The notes under the pieces: model-generated
The model's input: only the letters and a program-made list of their open reading frames with translations
The model's database searches: none
Told to the model about the DNA's origin: nothing
Program-made: the position numbers and the translations under genes
Assembly (NCBI GenBank): GCA_964508705.1
Contig: CAZDUS010000002.1
Span: 67,552-131,551 of the forward strand
Reading direction: 5' to 3'
Length of the DNA: 64,000 nucleotides
Origin: an uncultured Verrucomicrobiota bacterium
Lineage (GTDB): Bacteria; Verrucomicrobiota; Kiritimatiellia; CAIKKV01; CAITUY01
Shown: piece by piece, positions 21,058-28,595 of the stretch
How the letters are laid out: each line of letters begins with the position of its first letter
Position numbering within the stretch: the first letter of the stretch is position 1

Positions 21058-21080
21058 CTTTTCAATGGAACATTGCCTGT

Positions 21081-21200
21081 CTAGCAATGACCATCCCACC
21101 GCAGGGCGAGTACCAATACCAGAGCAAGGTACAGCCCGACCGTCCGCAAAACTAGATTTGCGGATTCAACAACGGCTACGATGGGTTTTGCAACGTTCAT
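21081..21200 (-). CDS. Candidate ilv leader peptide (39 aa, MNVAKPIVAVVESANLVLRTVGLYLALVLVLALRWDGHC)
   Basis: 8 Val, 8 Leu and 1 Ile in 39 codons. The stop lies just upstream of the terminator hairpin, and the last codons contain GCGGTGGGAT, a near copy of the terminator 3' arm. There is no clear Shine-Dalgarno. Confidence 0.45.
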   Translation of the reverse strand: MNVAKPIVAVVESANLVLRTVGLYLALVLVLALRWDGHC

Positions 21201-21318
21201 TATTTGTAAGATGCCATAGGGGATGGGGCGGGTCAAGTGTTTAAAAAGACCTTTATGATGGGGGCATGTTGCTATAAAGTCGCACTTTTTTAAGGGACCT
21301 ATCAAAGGGTGTTTTGCC

Positions 21319-22290
21319 ATGGAAAAGAAGTTAAGGATATTGTCTGGAATTCAGCCGTCGGGGAAACTGCATATTGGCAACTATTTCGGAATGATGCGTC
21401 CGGCGCTGGAATTGCAGAACCATGGCGATGCCTATCTTTTCATTGCCAACTACCATGCGTTGACAACAGTGGCAGATCCCGAAGTGTTGCGGACCAATAC
21501 GCGAGATGTGGCTCTGGATTTTCTTGCCTGTGGGCTGGATCCACAGAAGACGGTTTTCTTCCGGCAGAGTGATGTTCCGGAAATCACTGAATTGACCTGG
21601 TTGTTGTCCGTGGTGACTCCGATGGGACTTCTGGAGCGCTGTCATTCCTATAAGGACAAGTTGGCCAAGGGGATTGCCGCTTCGCATGCGTTGTTCAGCT
21701 ATCCGGTGCTGATGGCGGCTGATATCCTTGCGGTGCAGTCAACCACGGTGCCGGTGGGGCGCGACCAGAAGCAACATGTGGAAGTGACGCGCGATATAGC
21801 CATCAAGTTCAATATGCAGTTTGGCGAGGTATTCCGGATTCCAGAGCCGGTTATTCGCGATGAAGTGGCGGTGGTACCGGGAGTGGACGGGCAGAAGATG
21901 TCCAAGTCGTATAATAACACCGTTGAAATCTTCGGAACGGAGAAGGAAACGAAATCCCGCTGTATGAAGATTGTAACCGACAGTAAGCAGCTACAGGATT
22001 CGAAGGATCCGGCGACGTGCAACGTGTTTGCCTTGTACCGATTGTTCGCGACGGAGACTGAGCGACGGGAGATGGAGGAGCGCTACCGGGCTGGTGGTTT
22101 CGGGTACGGAGACGCCAAAAAGAAGCTATTTGAGACATTATGGGCGTATTTCGAGCCGTTCAGGAAGCGGCGACAGGAATTGGAGCGGGATCCCGGTTAT
22201 GTGGAATCGGTTTTGCAGGACGGGGCGGCTAACGCGCGGGCGGAGGCGCGGAAGACACTGGATGCGGCGCGGAAGGCAGTGGGGTTGTAA
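21319..22290 (+). CDS. trpS: Tryptophan--tRNA ligase
   Basis: SGIQPSGKLHIGNY (HIGH region) and KMSKS are both present. Length is 323 aa. Confidence 0.95.
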   Translation: MEKKLRILSGIQPSGKLHIGNYFGMMRPALELQNHGDAYLFIANYHALTTVADPEVLRTNTRDVALDFLACGLDPQKTVFFRQSDVPEITELTWLLSVVTPMGLLERCHSYKDKLAKGIAASHALFSYPVLMAADILAVQSTTVPVGRDQKQHVEVTRDIAIKFNMQFGEVFRIPEPVIRDEVAVVPGVDGQKMSKSYNNTVEIFGTEKETKSRCMKIVTDSKQLQDSKDPATCNVFALYRLFATETERREMEERYRAGGFGYGDAKKKLFETLWAYFEPFRKRRQELERDPGYVESVLQDGAANARAEARKTLDAARKAVGL

Positions 22291-22324
22291 GGGAGGAGAA
22301 AGGGTTCAGGGTTCGGGGTTCAGG
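22291..22324. repeat. Purine-rich tract GGGAGGAGAAAG followed by tandem heptamers GGTTCAG GGTTCGG GGTTCAG
   Basis: Read directly after the trpS stop. The same architecture recurs at 23250-23277, 50466-50509, 61278-61344 and 62248-62290. Confidence 0.8.
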
Positions 22325-22430
22325 CGAGAATGAATGGGAATGGTTGATGGGGAGGGGGAAGGATGGGGAGAGCGAGTGCGGTTAGGATTTTGATTTAGAT
22401 GCGAGTAAGGGCTGAGAAGGGATTGATGCG

Positions 22431-23216
22431 ATGTCAGAATTAGTTGTTCAGGACGATTATAAGGTTCAGCTTGAGATTTTTGAGGGGCCGTTGGATTTGC
22501 TCCTGTATTTGATCAAGCGGGATGAAGTGGATATCTACAACATTCCAATTGAGCGTATTACGAAGCAGTACATGGAGTACCTCTCCGTGATGAAACTGCT
22601 GGATTTGAATATTGCCGGCGAGTTTATTGTGATGGCGGCGACGCTGATGATGATCAAGAGCCGGATGCTGTTGCCGGTGGATGAGCGACCAGATATCGAG
22701 GAAGAGGAGGAGGACCCCCGCTGGGAGTTGGTGCGCCAACTGGTGGAATACAAGAAATTCAAGGAGGCGGCTGGTCATCTTCAGCATCGTGAATTTGTGC
22801 AGGAAAACGTGTTTACCCGAGGGCTTGATCCGGTGGTGGCGGTTGAACCTGAACAAGGGGTGGGGATAGGGGATGTGAGTATTTTTGACCTTATCACGGC
22901 GTTCAATGACACCCTCAAGAGGGTCAAAGTGGTGGAGATCGGCGAGATTGTTGATGACCGATTCACGGTGGTCGATAAGATTGAACATATTCTCGGGACG
23001 ATCAGGCAGAACAGGAAGGTGGAGTTTGCGAGCTTGTTTGCCAATGCGGCCTCCCGGTATGAGATTGTATGCACATTCCTGGCGTTGTTGGAATTGATCC
23101 GGTTGCGGCAGGTAGCGGCGCATCAGGATGGTGATTTCGGTCAGATCATGATTAGCGGGGAGGACAGGGATGGGGGAATCCAGAATCCAGAATCCAGAAG
23201 TCAGGAGTCAGAATGA
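22431..23216 (+). CDS. scpA: Segregation and condensation protein A (kleisin)
   Basis: LEIFEGPLDLLLYLIKRDEVDIYNIPI is the typical ScpA N-terminus. The C-terminal 13 or so codons and the stop lie inside a heptamer repeat. Confidence 0.9.
   Translation: MSELVVQDDYKVQLEIFEGPLDLLLYLIKRDEVDIYNIPIERITKQYMEYLSVMKLLDLNIAGEFIVMAATLMMIKSRMLLPVDERPDIEEEEEDPRWELVRQLVEYKKFKEAAGHLQHREFVQENVFTRGLDPVVAVEPEQGVGIGDVSIFDLITAFNDTLKRVKVVEIGEIVDDRFTVVDKIEHILGTIRQNRKVEFASLFANAASRYEIVCTFLALLELIRLRQVAAHQDGDFGQIMISGEDRDGGIQNPESRSQESE
23177..23216. repeat. Tandem heptamers AATCCAG x3, AAGTCAG, GAGTCAG, AATGAGA
   Basis: 7-nt period read directly. It overlaps the 3' end of scpA and supplies its stop codon. Confidence 0.85.
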
Positions 23217-23408
23217 GAAGAGTTGGAAGATGGTTTATGGTCAATGGCGGGGAGGAGAAATAGGGTTCAGGGTTTGGGCATGAGAAGGGGGCGTTCGCAG
23301 AGGCGCAGAGCGCGCAAAGACGAATGATTATTTAGGAATACGGGGATTTTGAAACTACGAAAAACGCGAAAAAGTTTCGGGTGATCGACGAAAGGGATGT
23401 GAAGCGTT

Positions 23409-24095
23409 ATGGAAATGCAAATTGAACTCAAGCAGGTACTGGGTGCGATTATTTTTGCGGCTCGTCAGCCGTTGACGACGAGTGAGATCCGTAAGATTTT
23501 GCAGGAGACAGCCCAGACTTATGGGGAGGAAGCCAGTGTGTTTGCTGCGGCCAAGGAAGCGGATATTCGTGCCGCCTTGGGTCGGTTACGGGCCGATTGC
23601 GAGACCCAGAAGCCGGGTTTTGATTTGGTGGAGAGCGCGGAAGGGTTTCGGTTTCAGAGTGATCCGGCCGGTGGGCTGTGGGTCCGGCATATGCTGGACG
23701 TGGGCAAGCCGACCAAGTTGTCGCGACCAGCGTTGGAGACACTGGCGATTATCGCGTATCGGCAGCCGATTTCGCGTGCCGAAATGGAAGGGGTGCGCGG
23801 CGTGACGGTGGATCATGTCCTGCGGATGCTTATGGAGATGCAGTTGATCAAGATTGTGGGGCGCAGTGAATTGCCCGGGCGGCCCATGTTATACGGGACG
23901 ACTCAGTTGTTCCTGGAGCATTTTGGATTGAAGGATATCAAGCAGTTGCCCGGCATTGAGGAATTGGCCCGCATGGAGGTGCAGAAGCGGAAGGAGACGC
24001 CTGCCCCGGTGCAGGAAGCCGCGCCGACTGAGCCTGTAGCGCAACCTAAGGCTGAAGGAGTGACGGAGTCGAGTGGAACGGAGGTGGCGACATGA
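23409..24095 (+). CDS. scpB: Segregation and condensation protein B
   Basis: LGAIIFAARQPLTTSEI, LSRPALETLAIIAYRQPISRAEME and RGV motifs. It follows scpA. Confidence 0.9.
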   Translation: MEMQIELKQVLGAIIFAARQPLTTSEIRKILQETAQTYGEEASVFAAAKEADIRAALGRLRADCETQKPGFDLVESAEGFRFQSDPAGGLWVRHMLDVGKPTKLSRPALETLAIIAYRQPISRAEMEGVRGVTVDHVLRMLMEMQLIKIVGRSELPGRPMLYGTTQLFLEHFGLKDIKQLPGIEELARMEVQKRKETPAPVQEAAPTEPVAQPKAEGVTESSGTEVAT

Positions 24096-25159
24096 GTCTT
24101 GATGAATTAAGAAAGAAGATTGATTCCATTGACGTGGAACTTGTCAAACTGCTGAACGCGCGAACCCGAGTGGCGTTGGACATAGGCCAGGTGAAGCAGA
24201 AGGATGGTCAGGGCATCTACGTTCCCGCTCGCGAAAAGGAAGTGCTGAAGCGGGTCACGGAATTGAGCGATGGCCCCTTGAAGTCCGAGAGTTTGCGTGC
24301 GATTTATCGCGAGGTGATGTCTGCGGCCTTGTCTTTGGAGAAGAGCCTCAAGGTGGCTTACCTGGGGCCCCCATCGACGTTTTCGCATCAGGCCGCGAGG
24401 GGGAAATTCGGTGGAAGTGTGGATTACCTTTCGTGCGAGACCATTAGCGATGTGTTTGACGCGGTGGAGAAGGGGATGGCGGATTACGGGGTTGTTCCGA
24501 TTGAGAATTCAACGGAAGGCGCTGTGACGTTCACCTTGGATCGGCTGGCAGAAACGACACTCAAGATTTGCGCCGAGGTCTATTTGCCCATTTCCCAATG
24601 TTTATTGTCAATGGTGCCCCGGGAGCGGATCGAGAAGTTGTACAGTCATCCGCAAGTGCTGGGCCAGTGCAGGCAGTGGATTCAGCGGGAGATGTCCGGC
24701 GTGGATGTTATTCCTGCGGCAAGTACCGCCCGGGCGGCGGAGTTGGCGGCCAAGGAGCCTAACAGCGGAGCGCTGGCGAGCCGATTGGCATCGGAAATTT
24801 ATGGTTTACAGTTACTAGAATCGGACGTTCAGGACATGAGCGGCAATACGACGCGATTCGCGGTTATCAGTCATTCCTATGGGAAGGCTACAGGCGACGA
24901 CAAGACTTCGTTATGTTTTGCCGTGCAGCACAAGGCGGGGGCGCTTTACGGGGCGTTGGAGTCGTTTAAGAAGTTCGGGCTTAACATGACCAAGATCGAG
25001 TCGCGACCAAGCCGGAGCAAGGCGTGGGAGTATCTGTTTTTTGTGGATATTGAAGGACATTCGACTGACGAGGCTCTAAAGCAGGCGATGGTGGATATGA
25101 CTAGCCACTGTGCGCTTCTGACGGTGCTGGGATCATATCCCAATTCGAAAGGACTGTGA
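24092..25159 (+). CDS. pheA: Bifunctional chorismate mutase / prephenate dehydratase (P-protein)
   Basis: N-terminal chorismate mutase helix (LRKKIDSIDVELVKLLNAR), a PDT domain (VAYLGPPSTFSH, TRF) and a C-terminal ACT domain. Confidence 0.9.
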   Translation: MSLDELRKKIDSIDVELVKLLNARTRVALDIGQVKQKDGQGIYVPAREKEVLKRVTELSDGPLKSESLRAIYREVMSAALSLEKSLKVAYLGPPSTFSHQAARGKFGGSVDYLSCETISDVFDAVEKGMADYGVVPIENSTEGAVTFTLDRLAETTLKICAEVYLPISQCLLSMVPRERIEKLYSHPQVLGQCRQWIQREMSGVDVIPAASTARAAELAAKEPNSGALASRLASEIYGLQLLESDVQDMSGNTTRFAVISHSYGKATGDDKTSLCFAVQHKAGALYGALESFKKFGLNMTKIESRPSRSKAWEYLFFVDIEGHSTDEALKQAMVDMTSHCALLTVLGSYPNSKGL

Positions 25160-25162
25160 ACT

Positions 25163-26284
25163 ATGGCGACATTCAAGGATTTGGCTTGTCCGTGGGTGAA
25201 CGGGCTTGGTGTTTATGAGCCTGGCCGCCCGATTGAGGAAGTGGCGCGGGAGTTGGGATTGGCTTCGGCTGACTCGATCATCAAGATGGCTTCCAATGAA
25301 AACGCGCTGGGGCCATCGCCCAAGGCTGTTGCGGCGATGAGGCAAGCGGTTCGCGGGATGCATCTCTATCCGGATGGGGGAGCCTTTTACTTAAGAGAGG
25401 GTTTGGCCCGTCATCTGAATGTGGCGCCCGGGCAGGTTATTGTGGGTGCTGGAAGCAATGAGATGATCGAATTCATTGGCCATGTGTTTTTGACGGCGGG
25501 TGTGAACCTGGTAATGGCGGACAGGGCGTTTGTTGTTTACAAGCTGGTGGGCGACATGTTTCGCGCCAAGACGATCATGGTGCCGATGAAGGAGCATACC
25601 CATGATCTTGATGCCATGTTGGCCGCGATTACGCCGGATACTCGGGTAGTGTTTATTGCCAATCCCAACAATCCAACCGGCACGATGGTGCGCGGGGCGG
25701 AATTGGATGAATTTTTGCACAGGGTTCCTGATCATGTGGTGACCGTCATTGACGAGGCCTACATTGAATTGCTGGGGCCGGAGTCGCAACCGGACACCTT
25801 GAAGCATGTTATGGCTGGCCGGAAGGTGATCCTGTTAAGGACGTTCAGCAAAACCTATGGGCTGGCCGGGTTGAGGATTGGATATGCGATCGCCCCGGAG
25901 GATTGCATCCAATTGTTCAACCGGGTGAGGCAGCCGTTCAATACGTCCTCAATGGCGCAGGTGGCGGCGTTGGCGGCTCTGACTGACGAAGAACATGTTA
26001 AGCGGACCCGGTTGCTGGTGAAGGAAGGATTGGAGTATTTCGCGAAGGCTTTCCAGAAGATGGGGCTTGAGTATGTCCCGTCCTGCGTGAACTTTATCCT
26101 GGTCAAAGTTGGGCGTGGGCGCGAGGTGTTCGAGGCGATGCAGAAGCTTGGCGTAATTGTACGTCCAATGGATCCCTACCGGATGCCGGACTATATCCGG
26201 ATTACCACGGGGACACGCGCAGAGAATAAGCGATGCGTAAAGGTGTTGAGCGAGGTATTGAAACAACGGGAAAAGAGTTTATGA
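25163..26284 (+). CDS. hisC: Histidinol-phosphate/aromatic aminotransferase (class II PLP)
   Basis: NENALGPSP, NPNNPTG and RTFSKTYGLAGLRIGY motifs. Confidence 0.85.
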   Translation: MATFKDLACPWVNGLGVYEPGRPIEEVARELGLASADSIIKMASNENALGPSPKAVAAMRQAVRGMHLYPDGGAFYLREGLARHLNVAPGQVIVGAGSNEMIEFIGHVFLTAGVNLVMADRAFVVYKLVGDMFRAKTIMVPMKEHTHDLDAMLAAITPDTRVVFIANPNNPTGTMVRGAELDEFLHRVPDHVVTVIDEAYIELLGPESQPDTLKHVMAGRKVILLRTFSKTYGLAGLRIGYAIAPEDCIQLFNRVRQPFNTSSMAQVAALAALTDEEHVKRTRLLVKEGLEYFAKAFQKMGLEYVPSCVNFILVKVGRGREVFEAMQKLGVIVRPMDPYRMPDYIRITTGTRAENKRCVKVLSEVLKQREKSL

Positions 26285-27129
26285 AGACGGTTGCGGTCAT
26301 CGGGTTGGGTTTGATGGGTGGCTCGCTGGGGATGGCTTTACGCCAGAAGGGGCTTGCGCGCGTGAAGGGGTATGCCCGGCGTGTGGAGACCCGGCAACAG
26401 GCGTTGGACATGGGGGCCGTTGATGAGGCTTGTGAGACTCCTGGCGAGGCTGTGAAGGGGGCTGCGATTGTGGTGCTTTGCACGCCAGTGTTGACGATAC
26501 CGGCTTTGGTGAATGAATGCCTTGGCGCGAGCAAAGCGGGAGCGGTGATCACTGATGTGGGAAGCACAAAAAGCGAGGTGGTTAACCGTGTGGCTCCGAT
26601 CCTGACTGGGCACAAGGTGCATTTTGTTGGAAGTCATCCGATGGCGGGATCTGAAAAGAGCGGCATCGAAGCGGCCCGGGCTGATTTGTACGAAGGCGCG
26701 GTGACTGCCGTGACGCCTTCCCGTGGAGAGTCGGACAAGGTTGTAAAAGCTGTCATAGATTTGTGGGCGGGCATAGGTAGTCGTGTGATCCGGATTTCTC
26801 CGGAGGAGCATGATGCGTTGGTTGCCAGGACAAGTCATTTGCCACATTTGATTGCCAGTTTACTGGTGACGGCCACGGTCAAGGAGGGTGATGCGAATTT
26901 TCGGGCGCTGTGTGGACCGGGATTCAGGGATACGACGAGGATTGCCGGCGGGTCGCCGGATATGTGGCATGACATTGTTAAGACCAATCGAGTGGCGATA
27001 CTGGAGGCGTTGAAAGGGTGTCAGGGGCAGATGGGGGAGTTGATTTCCGCTCTTGAGATCGGTGATTTTGAGGCAGTGCGCGAGCAGTTGGAGCAGGGGC
27101 GTCGGCTGAGGCGTGGTCTTTGGTCCTGA
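26281..27129 (+). CDS. tyrA: Prephenate dehydrogenase
   Basis: MKTVAVIGLGLMGGSLG Rossmann motif and GSHPMAG. ATG at 26281 overlaps the hisC stop. Confidence 0.85.
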   Translation: MKTVAVIGLGLMGGSLGMALRQKGLARVKGYARRVETRQQALDMGAVDEACETPGEAVKGAAIVVLCTPVLTIPALVNECLGASKAGAVITDVGSTKSEVVNRVAPILTGHKVHFVGSHPMAGSEKSGIEAARADLYEGAVTAVTPSRGESDKVVKAVIDLWAGIGSRVIRISPEEHDALVARTSHLPHLIASLLVTATVKEGDANFRALCGPGFRDTTRIAGGSPDMWHDIVKTNRVAILEALKGCQGQMGELISALEIGDFEAVREQLEQGRRLRRGLWS

Positions 27130-27243
27130 TATTTGAGGGTCCATAATGAGTTGACTTGCGGGATGGTTCTGGGCATCGTATGCGCCCAAGCATTGAGAAA
27201 CATGCAGTAATTAATAAGAGTAACGCAGAGGGAAGGTACGGAT

Positions 27244-27444
27244 ATGGCGGGTAAAGGTTATAATGTTAAGATGAAGCGGCCGGTTAAGAAGGCCAGTGAC
27301 AAGCGTCGTCGTGAAAAAGTTCAGCGCAAGCGTCTAATCGGCTTGGGCGTTGAAGCGGCAAAAGTTAAGTCGTTGGACCCCAGTGAAGTGCGACAGATGC
27401 TCAAGGAGCCGAAGAAGCTCAAGAAGAAGCTTAGCAAGGGTTGA
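27244..27444 (+). CDS. Small, highly basic Lys/Arg-rich protein (66 aa), function unknown
   Basis: ATG ORF preceded by GAGGGAAGG. The composition is roughly one third Lys/Arg. It is followed by a structured element with a T6 run. Confidence 0.5.
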   Translation: MAGKGYNVKMKRPVKKASDKRRREKVQRKRLIGLGVEAAKVKSLDPSEVRQMLKEPKKLKKKLSKG

Positions 27445-27492
27445 TTGGCTCGAGATCGTGCCAGGGACTCTATTTCCTGAGCGCGTGTGATG

Positions 27493-27560
27493 CGGCTACA
27501 AGCACTGTTCTGGTGTCACTGAGTTGAAGTGGCGACCAAGGTGAATTGTAGCCGTTTTTT
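27493..27560 (+). terminator. Nested stem-loop ending in T6 (terminator of the small basic ORF or 5' element of the next gene)
   Basis: Outer stem CGGCTACAA/ATTGTAGCCG and inner stem GGTGTCAC/GTGGCGACC (one bulge, one G-U), then TTTTTT ending 3 nt before the ATG at 27564. Confidence 0.55.
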
Positions 27561-27563
27561 ATT

Positions 27564-28559
27564 ATGAAAGTACTTTGTGTGCTTAATCCCAGTGCTGCGG
27601 GAGGCGTCGCCAAAGATAGGTGGGGCGACGTGGCGGCATTAATTGAGCGGCTCGGTGGGGAGTGCGACTTGTTGACCACCGAGGCGGGGAGTTCGCTTGA
27701 GATTCAAGTCAGTGAGTATCTTGAAGGTCATGATCCAGCCTGCTACGGGGCAATCGCCGGGGTGGGAGGAGATGGGACCCATTCCGGAATCATCAATGGC
27801 CTGATGGCGTTTCAGAATGTGCATCCCGGAAGGTTATTACCTCCTTATGCCTTTATCCCGATGGGAACGGGGAACGATATTGCCAAGTCGCTGGGGATCC
27901 GGATTCGTGATGAATTTTCGGCGAGTGATCTTCGGCGAGCGGTGTCGGCGATTTTTCATGGCGCCGATTACTCTCTTGATCTGGGAATAATCAACGGTTT
28001 GTATTTTGCAGACGCGTTAACCGTGGGATTGGACTCCAGTATTTTGAGGGAGCGGAACGCGAATAAACGTCTGATTGAAAACATTCCATTGTTGCGGCAT
28101 ATAGCCCGCGGGCGCTTTCTATACACGTTTTCAATGGGGGCTAGATTATTCAGGCATGAATTGACCGAAGTGGAGGTTGAGGTCGACGGGATGTCGTGGT
28201 ATTCGGGCCCGATGATAAATCTGGTCGTAAACAATACTCGTATATATGCCGGCGATTTTGATTTCAGTGCAGGGGCTTATGCCGATGATGGATTGTTGGA
28301 CGTGGTGCTATTTGCGGATCAAAAGGACTACCTGGCGCGGTATTTGATGGCGATGCGGCATAATCCGGCGAGTCTGCGGGAACTTTCGGAGGATTTGAAC
28401 AGGCGTGCAAAGCATATCCAGGGCAGTCGTATTGTATTAAAAATCAACAAGATACAACCTGCGCAAGTGGATGGTGAAGAGTATCCGGGTAGCAGGGAGT
28501 TTGATATCCGAGTTATCCGGAAGGCATTGAGGATCAAGACCCCTGTGGAGCCGATCTGA
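27564..28559 (+). CDS. Diacylglycerol/lipid kinase family protein (YegS/BmrU-like)
   Basis: NPSAAGG and GGDGT motifs and a DAGK catalytic-domain layout. Length is 331 aa. Confidence 0.8.
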   Translation: MKVLCVLNPSAAGGVAKDRWGDVAALIERLGGECDLLTTEAGSSLEIQVSEYLEGHDPACYGAIAGVGGDGTHSGIINGLMAFQNVHPGRLLPPYAFIPMGTGNDIAKSLGIRIRDEFSASDLRRAVSAIFHGADYSLDLGIINGLYFADALTVGLDSSILRERNANKRLIENIPLLRHIARGRFLYTFSMGARLFRHELTEVEVEVDGMSWYSGPMINLVVNNTRIYAGDFDFSAGAYADDGLLDVVLFADQKDYLARYLMAMRHNPASLRELSEDLNRRAKHIQGSRIVLKINKIQPAQVDGEEYPGSREFDIRVIRKALRIKTPVEPI

Positions 28560-28595
28560 TTGGACGCGGGGGTGTGGCATGACAAGGGAAGCAAG

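Noticed and set aside
20414-21244. Long antisense 'shadow' ORFs opposite strongly supported genes (for example 93-788, 4114-4980, 20414-21244, 22440-23123, 31923-32855, 38973-39917, 41188-41979, 43163-43897, 55399-56232)
   Set aside because: Each lies entirely antisense to a gene with clear family motifs. Their translations are Arg/Pro/His-rich and low-complexity, which is typical of GC-rich antisense frames.
21081-21320. The full 79-aa minus-strand ORF upstream of ilvB
   Set aside because: Its ATG is created by the CCATGG palindrome that contains the trpS start codon, and the first 40 codons would overlap the divergent promoter region. Only the internal 39-codon BCAA-rich part is considered, as a leader peptide.
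23177-23216. Tandem short repeats considered as a possible CRISPR array or coding repeat
   Set aside because: The units are 7 nt with no spacers, which is far too short for CRISPR. The period is not a multiple of three.
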